Shown here: positions 13,561 through 27,299 of the stretch, in pieces
Position numbering within the stretch: position 1 is the stretch's first letter
Layout: every line of letters starts with the position of its first letter
From: Vicugna vicugna
Lineage: Eukaryota
Reading direction: 5' to 3'
DNA length: 64,000 bases
NCBI GenBank assembly: GCA_013265495.1
Contig: MU058844.1
Location: 11,182,184-11,246,183, forward strand
Notes under the pieces: model-generated
The model's input: only the letters and a program-made list of their open reading frames with translations
Told to the model about the DNA's origin: nothing
The model's database searches: none
Made by a program: the position numbers and the translations under genes

Positions 13561-14559
13561 ACTGTATAAATTCTTTGAGATTTGGCATGAAGTCGTACAC
13601 CTTGAGAAAGGACTTGCTTTTCCTCCTGCCACGTCTCTGGGGGCTAACAACTTGTGACCCTGCAATTTATTCATTTTTTCCCCTCATTTTCTGTACTTTG
13701 TAGGTAATATAAATGCAACCATCAAATTTACAGAAGAGCCATGTCTATGGATTTTAATTATTAGGCACTTCCTCTTTTCCATCTTGCAAATCAACACAAA
13801 CTTGTTTTCCTATCACCTCCTTAGGGCAAAAAATATTTTTTTCTTCAGTCCTTAGAAAAATAAATAAGTTTTTCTTCAGTCTTCCTTTACATCGTAGGTG
13901 TCTTGAACGGGTTTCAGGTTCGTGTGGAGCCCTCAGTTCTTTACCCTCCTTGCATACGCTCAAGGGTTTTTGGTTGCTCCTGTTATTTTGTTTGTCTGTT
14001 ACTCTAAGTAGCTTCTGCAGTCTTAGGTTCTAGGTTTCTACGACATGCGAAGGCCCTTGGGGCAGATGTAAGCTTCCTAACTCTTGTTTGATGTTGGACC
14101 CTGGGTATTTCTTTCACTTACACATGAACTCAGCTGTGCATGTGAAAGCGTGTCTGTTATATTTTTGCAGAGTGTGACTAGAGTGTCCTCAGGTTGGGGA
14201 ATAGAAAGGGTGGAATTATAAGCAAGCAGTGAGTTCTTACTTGACTGCTAATGTCATAAACTGCTTGCAGATTCTATGAATATTTAAATGTTTAAACTGA
14301 CTTTCTCATACGGAATATTTCTGTATGTTCTTCAGAAATCCTCCTTTGCTGGGGCCATCTTCTCTGCATTTTCCCTGATACAGCTGATACACTGTTGGCT
14401 CATTCCTTAGTGTCTCTACAGTCGTAGATATCCAGCAATGCTAGGGAGATTTCTTCCTCTGTGTAAATGCTGTCCTCACTTACATAGCTACAACTGCTCT
14501 ATGTGTTATTTTCCATAACCTTGTAATAATTGCTTCTGCCACCAAATCAGCCATCTCTG

Positions 14560-15310
14560 TTTTTTTTTTAGAAGTATCATTTTTCCTATTTTTTAATTAA
14601 AATCTAGTTGATTTACAATATTATATTCGTTTCAGCTGTACAGGAAAGTGATTCAGTCATTTTTTCATATTATTTTCTAAGTTATTAAAAGATATTGAAT
14701 ATTATTCCTCATGTTATGCAGTAAATCCTTACCGCTTACCTATTTTACGTGTAGTGGTTTGTATGTGTTAATATCATACTTTTAATTTATCCCTTCCTCT
14801 TTGGTAAACCATAAATTTGTCTGTGAGTCTATTTCTCTTTTGTATATGGAATTATTTCTATTATTTTTCAGATGCCACATAAAAGTGATATCACATAATA
14901 CTTGTCTTTCTCTGTCTGACTTCCTTCACTTAGTGTGCTATTCTCTAGATGCTTCCATGTTGCTACAAATGGCAACATTTCAGTCCTTTTCAAAGCAATT
15001 TTGAGGACAAAGAACAGAGCTGGAGACATAATTCTCCCAGACTTTGGACAATAGGACAAAGCTCCAGTAATCAAAATAGCGTGGTACTGTCACAAAAATA
15101 GACATGTAGATCAGCGGAACAGAATAGAGAGCCCAGAAATAAACCCACACACCTATGGTCAATTAATATATGACAAAGGTGGCAAACATACACAATGGAG
15201 AAAAGCCAGCCTCTTAAGCAAGTGGCATTGGGGAAGCTGGACAGCCTCACGTAAATCAATGAACTTAGAAAACTACCTCACACTACACACAAAAATAAAC
15301 TCAAAATGGC
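14560..15310. mobile_element. 5'-inverted L1 insertion: antisense 3' end (14560-~14990) plus sense ORF2 segment (~14990-15310)
   Basis: The minus strand encodes MLPFVATWKHLENSTLSEGSQTEKDKY (ORF2 C-terminus). The plus strand 14991-15310 is ORF2-like (gctggagacataattctcccagact...aaaataaactcaaaatgg). Confidence 0.85.
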
Positions 15311-15319
15311 AAGTCAGAA

Positions 15320-15670
15320 CCATCTCACGACTTCTCAATTGCCAGTGCGTCTGAATAGGACATATTTCTCCGAGATACCTGCCTAGTTTCTTCCAACATT
15401 TCTTCAGGTTCATGTTAAAAGAGGAGCATCACTTTCACAGTCTTCCCTGACCACACTGTTTAAAATAGATCCCCCTACTATTCTTATTCTAATGCCCAGC
15501 TTGATTTTTCTTCATAGTAGTTCATTACTACATTAGCTTATGTTATGTTCATTTATTTATTTATTATTATGTATGGTCCTCAATAGAACGTGAGCTCTAC
15601 AAGAAGAGGCTGCTATGGACAGTACCTGAAATAGGGAATGGAACCTAACACATGTTCAATATATTTTTGT
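15320..15670 (+). mobile_element. L2 3' fragment
   Basis: cttccctgaccacactgtttaaaatag...tagaacgtgagctctac...ttcaatatatttttg resembles the L2 3' end. Confidence 0.6.
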
Positions 15671-15677
15671 GCTGGTT

Positions 15678-16262
15678 GTTTTTTTTACTGAGATATGGTC
15701 ATATGACATTATATTAGTTTAGGTATACAATATAATGATTTGATTCGTGTATTTACTGCAAAGTGATTATCACAGTAAGTTCAGTTAACATCCATCAACA
15801 CACAGTTATATTTTTTTCTTGTGATGTGATGAGAATGTTTAAAAATTATTCTCTTAGCAACGTTCAAATACACAATGCAGTATTATTAACTATAGTCACC
15901 ATGAAGTACATTACATCCTTAGGACTTATTTATTTTTATAATTGGAAATTGGTACCTTCTAATCACCATCAACCCATTTCACCCACCTCCCACCCCTTCC
16001 TCTCGCAATTACCAATCTGTTCTCTGCATCTCTGAGTTCAGTTTATTGTTCTGTTGTTTTTTTAGATTCCACATATAAGTGAAATCATATGATATTTGTC
16101 TTTGTCTGTCTGACTTATTTCACTTAACAAAATAGCCTCAAGTTCCATCCATGTTGTCAAAAATGGCAGGCTATCCTTTTTAGTGGCTGAATAATATTCC
16201 ATTTTATATATGTACCACATTTTCCTTATCCATCCATCCACAGATGGACACTTAGGTTGCTC
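15678..16262 (-). mobile_element. L1 3' end (L1MA/L1MB-like), antisense
   Basis: Characteristic antisense L1 3'UTR/ORF2 end: ttttagattccacatataagtgaaatcatatgatatttgtcttt...gatggacacttaggttgc. Confidence 0.85.
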
Positions 16263-16484
16263 TATTGGTTACTTAGCCAGAATTAAAAACATTTCAGTGA
16301 ATAATGCACAGCCAATGTGAACAGTATGTATGTGGTGGTCGTGATGAGGTGGCAGTGGTGGCGATTATGATTCATGAGCCTATGGTCAGTTCACATGAAT
16401 TCAAAAATATGAATCTTGGACACAGTTTCCTCCTTAACTTTTATTAAGGTCTAAAATAAGGCAAAGAAGAAAACCTTTGACTTC

Positions 16485-16935
16485 TGTGATGTTTAATTTT
16501 GTCAACTTGGCTAGGTCATGGTGCCTAGATAACTGGTTAAACATTATTCTAGATGTTTCTATAAGGATTTTTTTTTGGATGAAATTAACATTTAAATTTG
16601 TGCACTTTGAGTAATCAAATTACTCTCCATAATGTGGGTAGGACTTATCCAATCAGCTGAAGACTGTAATAGAATAAAGACTGACTTCCCCACAAAAAGG
16701 AAGAATTTTTCCAGTAGACTGCCTTTGGACTTGAACTGCACATTGGCTGTTTCTTGGGTCTCCAAACTCCTTGACCACCCAGGAGATTTTTGACTTGCCA
16801 GCCTTCATAATCACATGAGCCAAAACTTTAAAATAAATTTCTCTCTCTCTAGACAGACAGATACATAGGCAGGCAGATACAGATATACACATATACAGAT
16901 ACATATACAGATATGTGCATATGTATATATATGTG
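16485..16935 (+). mobile_element. MLT2 (ERVL) solo LTR with terminal microsatellite
   Basis: Starts TGTGATGTTTAATTTTGTCAACTTGGCTAGG and contains ctccataatgtgggtaggacttatccaatcagctgaag. Ends in aataaatttctctctctct followed by a (TA/CA) repeat. Confidence 0.88.
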
Positions 16936-17719
16936 ACCAATATAGCTTTCAAAATGGAACATAAATTTAATATCTAGAATTAACACTTAAGACAAAAATT
17001 TCATATATTTATGCTCTGTAGCTTACATAAGACTTAAATACTTTTGAATGGACTGCAAATGACAAAACAAATTAAGGGGAAAGATAAAGAATCAGACTAG
17101 GCAATAAAAATAAGCCTATTCAATTATGCAGATTAAAAAGTCTATATACTGAAACTCTGACTTTTTAATGTAATCTTTTTCTTGCCCTAAAATAATGTAT
17201 TTCTCAATGATGTAATAACACTAGCAGCTGCACTTCGGTATTATATGTTATTACCTGGTCTAGGAATATGGTCCTAAGTTGCCTAGAGAGTCTGCTACAA
17301 AGAACAGCAAATGAGAGAGAGTATGTGTCCTTCAGTTGAAGATAAAATGGTCTTGACCTTCCAAATACAGCAGGAATTCATGTAATGAAGACGATAGTCA
17401 CAGAAACAATGGGAAGCAAGATGGCTGGATCTGCCGAGCGGATGTTGAATAATCTTATTTATTCCTTTCCACTTTCAGAGGAGGTAGAGGCAGAAATGTG
17501 CAAGGATGAAATCTACCCTTAAAATCTAGGATTTGCTCAGTGCCCTGCATTCCATAAAGGCTGTCCTGAGCAGTAAAGGGAAAGCCGCCCAGGGAGTGAG
17601 CTCACCCCATAGTAAATGTGACCCAAGCAATGTCTTAAATTCTCATCAGTTCATTAAAAAGTTTCTCCTCTCTTGAGGGTGAGCTAGGAAAACAAAAATT
17701 ATTCTTTTCCACAGAATAT

Positions 17720-19060
17720 ACATGGGTGAGAATACAAAGAGAAAAGCAATAAGCAAATACAAAAATATGGAAATTCCCCATATTCACAAGGAATAAGGGG
17801 AAAAAAATACAGTAAGTTGTCAGGGAGGTAGGAGATGGACCAGGAATATTGTGCCTTGGAGCAAGAGAGAGTTTAATGAAGAAGAAATGATTAATAGTCA
17901 AGAATGTTGCTGAAAGGTTGGAGATAATGAGAAAAGGTCAGTCCACTGAATTGGTAATTATATGTTTCAATTTTATGACCCATGAAGGGTCATAACATTC
18001 ATTTAATTTCTGAGACCACCAGGTAAATTCTAAATAATTCTATACCATGTGATACCTAGAATGGTATTTATTTATTTACCACATTTCTGAAATAAATTTA
18101 CATTCAGTAAGCCTACCCATGAGAAAAAAATGATTGTGCTAACATGACACGAAGATTGAGGTTTTTAAGAACTGTGTTTGTATTCTGACTTTCCACAAAC
18201 CTTTTTTATTACTTTATATTAATGAGATTTTCCATCTTACTTCTTCCTGGCCAGAAATTCCTAGTTAATCTCAAATGAAACACATAAAGGTTAAGAGGAG
18301 GTTGCTTCTTTCAGAAGGCTTTACCTGAGCTTCTGTACTCACACAACACTTTGGTCTTAAATCAACTAGAATTTAAGTATTCTCCCAAACCAGACAGTCT
18401 GTTGTCTATTTTTGGACTCAGAATTTAGCAATGTTCCTGATACACAGTAACTAAGTAATAAACATTTATTGAATAAATAAAAGAATGAATGATGATCAAG
18501 TCCTTGAGAAAAGAAACATAAAGCATGCTACCTTTGTTCTATTTTGACTCTAACTTGGGGCACCAAACTAGACGAGAAATTCACAGGGCAGAATACTTAT
18601 GTAAAAGTAATACAAATTGAACAGAGGGATCCAGAATCAAAATTTAACAGAATAGGAATGTGGTTAGTCAGGAAAGACTTCCTGAGGGAAGCCAAATGCA
18701 AACCTAACCATAGAGATTACATAGAATCTCAGGCATAGAACGGAAGTATGTGTGTGAGCAAGTACCTCTGGGAATAAGGAAACCATTCAAGGCTGGAGGA
18801 GAATGAGGAGCAGAATCTCAAAGCCCGTTTCTACCAAGAAAGTTATGTAGGGAAAAGCCAGCCAATCTACTTGAATGGATTGAAGAGGGCTTGTTTGCTG
18901 GTGCAGCAGAGGCAAAGATCAGTGGGAGAGGACCACTGAGGACGCCGGGCTGAAGAGTTGGGATTTAATACGGCAGACACCAGGGTGCTCTGCCCTAAGG
19001 GTCCTTAAGTAGGAACGACATGATGAACATGGTGCTTGAGAAAGATTATTCTTGCAACAG
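17720..19060. mobile_element. Cluster of L2 fragments (both orientations)
   Basis: L2 3' tail aataaacatttattgaataaataaaagaatgaatga at ~18460. Antisense L2 motifs at 17720-17960 and 18640-19060. Confidence 0.5.
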
Positions 19061-20669
19061 GGGGTTAATATCCTAATACTCAAAAGAGGAACATTTACAC
19101 CTAACACATTCACCGAAACATTACACTCTGCTACCCTGACAGGCCTCAGTGACTGCAAAAGACTGTGAAAAAGGCCCTGCGCTTCTGGTGGCATATTTCA
19201 TTCATGGTCTTTGCCAAGGGATTTCTTGTCCCTTTCTTTTCTCTTATCTTTGTCCTTTAACAAATGCCCCGCCACTGGCAAAGATAGGAGCCCAATCATT
19301 TGTTTTCTGCTGCCTGTGGCAGACTGATGAAAACAGCTGCATTTTAAGCTACATCTCTGTGTTTCCTTGGCGGTGACTTCAGCTGTGACAGGGGCATTAA
19401 CCTTAGGGGTGAGGAAACAATTCTTACTTCATGCTTCCTCAGTTCAGAGCTTCCCCTCAGCAGGGAGAAAGCAAATCACGTACATTATTTGAAGCAATTT
19501 TGTGATTTATCCACTGGGTACTGACCTACAATCAAGTGAACTTTGCTTAAAACCTCGGAATGGATTTTTAACTACTGCTGTGGGGCGAAGGGAGACATAT
19601 TCATGCAGCCACCTTCTCAAAAGCAAACTTCTCCAAAAAAAAAACTGTCCGAAAAGCCAAAGAGTGCACAGCATCTTTAACCTTACATTGCCTTCTACCT
19701 AGTTTCAAAAATAAGCAAAATCTCATCTTGTTTCTTAAAAACAGGTTACCAGTAGTATAATCATACCAAACGCAATGAAGATTCTGCGAATTCAGTACTC
19801 TCCAAATCTATGTCACAGACTTAAACACCACTGCTATTTTATAAATGGAGACTAAAATATAACCAATATCAAATGATTTTTCTATGCTTGCTTTCACTTA
19901 CTAGAGAATTTGAACTGGAGATGATTTAAGAAATTTACACCTTGATTGCTGATTAAGTTATCAGATTAGGATTCAAACCATGTTCTGTTTCACTGACAAC
20001 TTATTTGGTTGAAAATTGATGAATCGCACTGATGAGTTTAATGATGAATCCAACTTTTATTAATACTTTTTAAGTGAGAATATATTTTATCCTACCCTGC
20101 TCTCTAAAGCAATGGTTTACTACCTTCTGGGAATGTACCAACCTAACATTCTTTGATCCCATGTCAGTCTTCAGTCTTTTACTCCTTTACCAAAAAAATA
20201 CAAAATAAAACAAAAAAAAAAACAAAAATTTACTGAATTAAAATAATTTTATTTTGAACTAAGCTTTTTTTGCTACTATGAAGATGGAGACCTTTTAGGA
20301 TTTTCATCTTACAGGGCCACTGAGAAGTGGCATTGCTACTTCATGGCAAGGTATTTCTGGGCAACTTGTCAGAGGCTGGCAGTTTCAGAAGGCACCATGT
20401 GGACGGGGGCCTGGCAGTCAGCAAATGAAGAGGGAAACAGGACAGTGAAAAGTGATAGCCATATAATCTAGAAGTTTTTCTCCAAATTGTCAGTGGTAAA
20501 TTTTACGATCACCTGAGTGACAGGCTAAAGTGCTATGTAAATGAGACCCTAACAAGAGCAGAGAGGCTATATACATAGAAGGAGTACCTCACTCTTAACA
20601 GAGCCAGAAGGAATTGTTCATGTCCAGGAGCTCTGCTCACAGGCATAAGAACTGGCATGGAATCTTGGA

Positions 20670-20850
20670 AATAATAATAATAGGTAACAATTATTTAGTG
20701 CTTACCGTCTGCCAGATAGTGTTCTAACGGCTTCACATGGGCTATAAATTATAACCAACCCAAGAGGTAGATATTTTATCAGGATCAGATTTCTTAGGTA
20801 AGGAAACTAGGGTACAGAAAAATTAATTAATTGACTGGCCCTAAGGTCAT
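20670..20850 (-). mobile_element. MIR SINE
   Basis: aataataataggtaacaattatttagtgcttaccgtctgccag...gtaaggaaactagggtacagaaa matches the antisense MIR core. Confidence 0.75.
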
Positions 20851-21875
20851 GTGGTACTTCTCTGTTTGACTTAATTCACTTAGTGTAATACCCTCTAGAT
20901 CCATCCATGTTGTCACATATGTGAAGATTTTCTAATGGCTGAGTAATATGCCATTGTGTGTGTGGGTGTGTGTGTGTATACACATACATACACACACACA
21001 CATACATATATATATCACTCCTTTGTTCATCCATTCATTAATGGGCACTTAGGTTGCTTCCACATCTTGGCCATCGTATGTGATGATCTCTTACGTTTGC
21101 ATGCAACCTAACATCTCTGCATTTTACCCTGCACCCTGTCCCACATTTAATGTTTCTGGCGTCATATTTTACATCATTTTTTGTATATGTATCCCTTAAC
21201 GACTTATTGTGGCTATAGATGATGTCACTACTTTTGTTTCTTAACCTTCTGACTAGCTTCTCACTGTATGTTTGCCTTTCCAATGAGATTTTCCCTTTCA
21301 TAGTTTTCACATTTCTACTTGTTGCTTTTTCCTTTTCCTCTTAGAGAAATCCCTTTAACATTTCTCGTAAAACCAGTTAGTGTTGCTGAACTCTTTTAGT
21401 TTTTGCTTGTCTACAAAACTCTTTCTCTCTCCTTCATCTGAATGCTATTCTTGCTGGGTAGAGTCTTCTTGTTTGCAGTTTCTTTCTTTTCATCACTTTG
21501 AATATACTGCGCCACTCCCTTCTGGCCTGCAAACTTTCTGCTGAAAAGTCTGCTCATGTTCTTATGAGATTTCCCTTGTGTGTAACTAGTTTCTTTTCTC
21601 TTTTTATCTTTCAGCTTTTTAAGATTCTCTCCTTATATTTATTGTTTTTATTTTAATTATAATGTGTCTTGGGTGTGAACCTCTTGGGGTGCATCTTGTT
21701 TAGGACTCTCTGTGCTTCCTGGACCTGGAATTATGTTTTCATTCCCAGGTAAGGTAAGTGTTCAGCTTATTTTTTTCAAATAAATTCTCTGCTTCTTTCT
21801 CTCTTTTCTCTTCCTTGGGCCCCTATACTGCAAATGTTAGCATCCTTGACGTTGCCCCAGAGGGTTGCTAACGCA
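20851..21875 (-). mobile_element. Antisense L1 fragments (ORF2 3' part joined to an upstream part)
   Basis: cacttagtgtaataccctctagatccatccatgttgtcaca (3' end), then ctttgaatatactgcgccactcccttctggcctgcaaactttctgctgaaaagtctgct (upstream L1). Confidence 0.8.
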
Positions 21876-21884
21876 TCCTTACTA

Positions 21885-22430
21885 AGTGATGAACTTGGGT
21901 AATAAGCTAAGATTTCCTGGCAGGCTGCTGAAGATGCAGCCTGGCTTCTCCTTGCTGCCTACAGTAAATGTGGAAGGAAACAGGTATATTTAAAACGGAA
22001 CTGTTATGCAAAAAGGAATCAGAACTTGATGACTTGGAAAATTCTCAGCCTATCCAGATAGTTTGATGTGAGACAGGCCCAAAGTATGACTGTACACATT
22101 TCTGCTGGAAAGATTAGACATGAGATTCATGCATCCAAGCAACTACTTAAGCAGAAATACTGCGAGGTTGTACTGAAGAGGGCAGAGGTGGGATGAGATA
22201 AAAAAGGCTTTTGAAATTCTGCAACTCCATAGGCAGGATATGGGCCAATAGAGCCATTCAGCTGTGAATATCTGTTATCCTTCAAGAAAAGGAAAGAATA
22301 AATGTGGTGCAGAGGTCTAAAGGGCTGCTCCTGTCAATATGGACACAGAGAGCACAGGTCCAGGGTGCTGGACTACTTTCACTATTAGAGAGGATAGAGC
22401 TGTCACTGAGGAATCAGAGGAAAGGACCAA
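21885..22430 (+). mobile_element. MaLR (MLT1/MST-type) internal sequence fragment
   Basis: gcctggcttctccttgctgcctacagtaaatg...aaaaaggaatcagaacttgatgacttggaaaattctcagcctatcc resembles MaLR-int. Confidence 0.7.
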
Positions 22431-22439
22431 CTCTCAAAG

Positions 22440-23260
22440 TTCAACTGAAAAACAGACACGGCATTTGAATAGAGATACCACCTAAGAAGACATTTGGATG
22501 GCATGTATAGACATAGGAAGATTGTCAACATTATTCGTTGTTAGGGAATTGAAAATCAAAACCACAATGAGATTCATGAGATTTACTAAGACAAGCTTCG
22601 TAGCATAGGTGAAACTGAAAATATTGATCACACCAAAAAGATGGTGAGGATGTGAATGAAATGGGAATTCATAAACTGTTTATGGGAATATAAAATGCTG
22701 GAATCACTATGAAAAGCCATTTGGCAAATTTCACTTTAAAAGTTGTACATAACACCGTATGATTCAGCCCTTCCATTCCTAGGTATTTACATAAATATTC
22801 ATAATAGTTTTATTTGCAAAAGTTCAAAACAAAAACAACCCAGATATCTATCAGTGGATGAATAACAGATAAATAAGTTGTAGTATGGTCATATAATTGA
22901 AAATTACTCAGCAATAAAAAACAATGAACTGAGTATGATCCATAATAGGGCTTGGATTAATCTCAGAATAGTTATGCTGAGAGAAAGAAAGCAGACAAAG
23001 GGCACATATCTCTATAATTCCATTTATATAAACCAGATAAAATGAGAACTACTGTACCAGACAGGAGATGGGTTACTCTGAGATGGGTAGCAGTGGGCAA
23101 GGATTATAAATGTTTAAGAGAAAAATAAATTGAGGATAATGGATTTGTCTTTGTCTTGACTATAGTGATAGCTTTATGGATATACATAAATATCAAAATT
23201 TATCAGCCTATGCCCTTTAGATATATGTGGTGTATTGTGTATCTGTTATGTTTTTAATAG
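22440..23260 (+). mobile_element. Old L1 (L1MC/L1ME-type) 3' end
   Basis: gaaaatcaaaaccacaatgaga, tatgattcagcccttccattcctaggtatttac and aattactcagcaataaaaaacaatgaac. Confidence 0.8.
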
Positions 23261-23624
23261 CTTTATTGAGTATATCATGTTAATTTCTCTATTTTATTAA
23301 AACTTTTCCAAACATCTTGCATAATATATTACCATATGCATAAATCATAATTTATATAACTATATTTATATAACTCCTAGCTATTTAAAAAGCATTCTAT
23401 TTAATATTTTATATTTTTTATTAATATAATGGAAAAATATACAAAGGAGGTTGCTTTTTATATTTAGAGACTCTAGTGGTTGTTTTACTATGGATATAGG
23501 AAAAATACCTATATATTTTTGGGCAGAGTCCTTTCTTTTTTCTCAGTAATTTTTAAAAATCTTTGTTGGTGCTGGCTAAAAGTAAAGCATCATGAAACAG
23601 ATTATCTGAGAAACATCTGTCAGT

Positions 23625-24060
23625 CAGTTACGGGGGACAGACACTGCTAGTGCAATCTCAGATCTGTGTTCTAGCTTCCTTCCTGGCATACTTAGAACTA
23701 TATTCCTAAATGTTCTTCAACATTCAAGTGAAGCCACATGATTAGGTTTTGTGGCCAAAGGGCTGCCACAAATAAAAGCGCCATAAGCCATCTTCAGGTG
23801 TGTTCCATATACCTCTTCTGATGTGATCCTCCATGCTTTCTTTCCTAGTTTGCTACCTGGACATAATGTACCTACTGGAGGACTCAAAAGCCTCAGAGGA
23901 TGATGTGGCCATAGACTCAAAGAGCCCAGGTCCCTAAATGACTTACAGAGCATAGCCTTTCCTCTCCCAACTAATCCACAAGAAAGAAAATACCACCTGA
24001 TTGTATAAAGTCATTGAGATTTTGGAATAGTGTGCTATAGCAGTTAGCATATGGTGACTA
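23625..24060 (+). mobile_element. MLT1-type MaLR LTR
   Basis: Ends in aagtcattgagattttggaatagtgtgctatagcagttagcat, typical of old MLT1 3' ends. Internal gagcccaggtccctaaatgact. Confidence 0.6.
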
Positions 24061-25029
24061 AAGAGACCTCTGTTGTGTGTATCAGATAAAAAATCAGCAT
24101 ATAAATATATTTTTAAATGGATGAGGTTACTCCTAAAGAGAATTACACAGCAAGTGTAAAACAAATGAAATGAATTTTGATTCTCTTTCTCACCATTTTG
24201 GTTATTTTCTGCTTCCTCCTATTTCAGTGCTATGGGAAGGTCAGAAGTGCACGTGGGTAGATAGGAGGATAAGGGTGATACAAATACATGCAATAAGAAA
24301 CAATGCTGATTTTACAGCTGTCGGGGAATCAATAGTTCAAAATTACTTGCAAATCAGGAATAAACAGAAGGGGCACAGTTTTTGAGATGATCTAAGTAAG
24401 AGATTAGACATATGTTTAAAGTTATTCAAGTGTTGATTTTCTGTAATTTAAGTTTTGATCGTTTTATTGAGCTGCGAAAAATTCATTTGCTTTTTATTAC
24501 CCATGAAAAATACTAATCTCTAGTAACTTCTACAAAATTCTGGTAACTGCCCTTTCAAAACGACTGTGACATTCTAAGATACACACTGTCACTTATGCAT
24601 TCCTCTTAACTTGGTCGTTCTTTCTCACTCTTCACAAGAATACAGTTTAAATGTTGAGTCCTTAATATTTGTAGCTTGTTTTTCCTAGTTGGTATCACTG
24701 CGTAAGTCTCCAGTGCCCACATGGAGGCAATGTGTTACCCTGAAGGTTATCTGTCAGGCACATGTGCTCCCATAGTGACACAACCTGACCAACTTAGGTC
24801 TTTTAATTTCCTGATACCTAAATAGGCAACACAAAAGAGGCTGAAATATGGTTCAGGATTTCTCCAGAGAATTCCACTCCAGAAATCGGTCAGGTACTCG
24901 TAAGAATAACCCTGGTGTCTTACAAAGGACAATAGATCTTCCATTAAATTTAAGTTGGAGGCTTACTCTGCCATTTACTTGCATGTAAACTTGGAACAAG
25001 TTTCTTATACAGGCCTCCTCAGTTTTCTT

Positions 25030-25512
25030 TTCTTCTTTTAAATTGACATATAGTCAATTATAACGTGTCAATTTCTGGTACACAGCATAGTGTTTCAGTC
25101 ATACATATATTCATTTTCATATTCTTAATTACAGGTTACTACAAGACAGTGAATGTATTTCCCTGTGCTATAAAGAAGAAACCAGTTTTTAAAATCTATT
25201 TTATATGCAGTAGTAAATATCAGCAATTCTTGAACTCTCAATTTATCTCTTCCCACTCCATCCCCTCCCCCCCAGAACCATAGGTTTGTTTCCCTTTTGT
25301 AGACAAGTTCATTAGTCTCCCTTTTTTTTTTTAGATTCCACACCTGAGTAATATCATATGGTATTTTTCTTTCTCTTTCTGGCTTATGTCACTTATAATG
25401 ACAGTCTCTAGATCAATCCATGTTGCTGCAAATGGCATTATTTCATTCTTTTTATGGCTGAGTAGTATTCCATTGTATAAATATACCACAGCTCCTTTAT
25501 CCAGTCATCTGC
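25030..25512 (-). mobile_element. Young (camelid-type) L1 3' end inserted into a MIR
   Basis: Antisense ORF2 end and 3'UTR (ttccctgtgctata; ttagattccaca; ttgctgcaaatggcatta). A MIR core aagtttcttatacaggcctcctcagtttt lies on the left. Confidence 0.85.
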
Positions 25513-26379
25513 CAATTTCCAACCTTTAAATTTTTGCTGATAAATTACAGAGAGGTTCTGAAACTTAAGTAGAGTAACAGATATATACATTTTTTAAGAA
25601 AATTGTTTTATGAATATAAGATATGTAGGACAAGAACTAGGATTTCAGACGAGATTCCACTGCCCTTTTGCAGACGTGGAAGAAGCCCTCTAGAACCTCC
25701 TTCTCTCTAGTAGCCAAGGGTTTTCCATATCAGAGATACCGGAACAGGCTGGGACTCATCCAGTCAGACCCAATTTGGGCCCCAAGCATCACCATCAGGA
25801 ACTGAGTCAGAACAAGCATCATGTGGTAGAATCTGCCCCACTGATACGCTTGCTTTGATGTGTATCATTTTTAAATACATACTAAATAACATTGAATTTG
25901 GAATGTTTATATGAAAATTATTACAATATTAAATTAAATTGTGCTAAATTAAATTTGAATGCCTTTGCTATGTTAGGCATATGATCCTTCCTGTTCAGAA
26001 TCCCAGTTATTAAATGCAGCCAACTTCACATATCCTCATTATCTGATTGGCCCCTGGACATATGTGGGTTTGTTGTTCCTGATAGAGTTACCACCCCTGC
26101 ACTACACAACTCAACTGCAGTCAGCCCAATGCTTTCAATGAACATGAATATTTTAGTGGAATTAGGAGATGAGGACTGAAGGAGGAAAACAGTCTGGCGT
26201 ATTTTCACTACAGGAAATACTTGTCCATTGCTTCAGATTGCAAAGGGGAATTTTTTTTTAAATACTTAAAATAAAAGTTATGCATGGATAGTTAAATTCT
26301 TATTGTCAAAATAGCAATAAGCAAAGAGTCTGTGGTTGAGTTGCTTTATGTATTTGCTTGTATATTTGTAGAGTTTATA

Positions 26380-26870
26380 TTGATATTGCCTGTTTGAAGG
26401 GTAATTTGTCAATAACTAACAAAATCTGAGGTGTGTATATCCCATGACTAAAAGGAAGTTATTTCACAAAATTATTCACACCTGTGAACAAAGATATTTG
26501 TATAAGAATGGGCAATGTATTTTCATGACTAAATACAAAAAACCCTGCATACTACTTAACCATCCTTTAGTAGTAGTATGGTAGAAATAATCATTGTACA
26601 TCATATTACAGAACACTGTACACAGCTACCAAAAACAATGCGATAGAGGTACATGTACTAATATCATGAATCCCCCATAATACATTGTGAATGTTAGAAT
26701 AAATTCTAGTGTATTAATAATATTGAATTATTAACAATAATAAATATATATAGTGTATAAAAATATCTAAAAATACACATGAGATATTCATAGTAATTTC
26801 CTACTCACTTTTTACTACATACTTTATACTTTTTGTTTGAATTTTTCACAGTAAGTATTATGTTAACCTG
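26380..26870 (+). mobile_element. Old L1ME-type 3' remnant
   Basis: Decayed L1 3' motifs (aacaaagatatttgtataagaatg; tttgtttgaatttttcacagtaagtatta). Confidence 0.5.
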
Positions 26871-27299
26871 TAATTTAAATAATAAAGTCTCCAAAACAGA
26901 ACAATGTAATTATTTCACAATGAATTATTGACTTTTAATCTATTTAATCCATTTAATTCTAATATCTTTATATATGCATTGAGGAACTACTAAGTCTAAG
27001 AAACTGAATAGAGAGTGATAAACAAGTTAAACATGGCTGTTTCATGGATTTGAATCCCAATGCTTATTCTTGAATTCAGATTTCTCTTCCCTGCAAAGAA
27101 CTGAAATGTAGATCTGATAACTTCTGCTTCCTATTATCTCATTAATTTCTAATACTATCATTAAACAAAACAGTGTATTTAAATTTCTATAAGTACTTCC
27201 CAGATTTTCTTTAAACGGTTCCAAATAAAGATTTCCTCAAAATACACCGTTGGCTTCTAATCCTATTTAGTCTCTCCTTTCTCAGTCACCATGATTCAA

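Noticed and set aside
20955..21015. (TG)n-(CA)n fold-back microsatellite
   Set aside because: This is a common compound microsatellite at a known expansion site within L1 3' ends.
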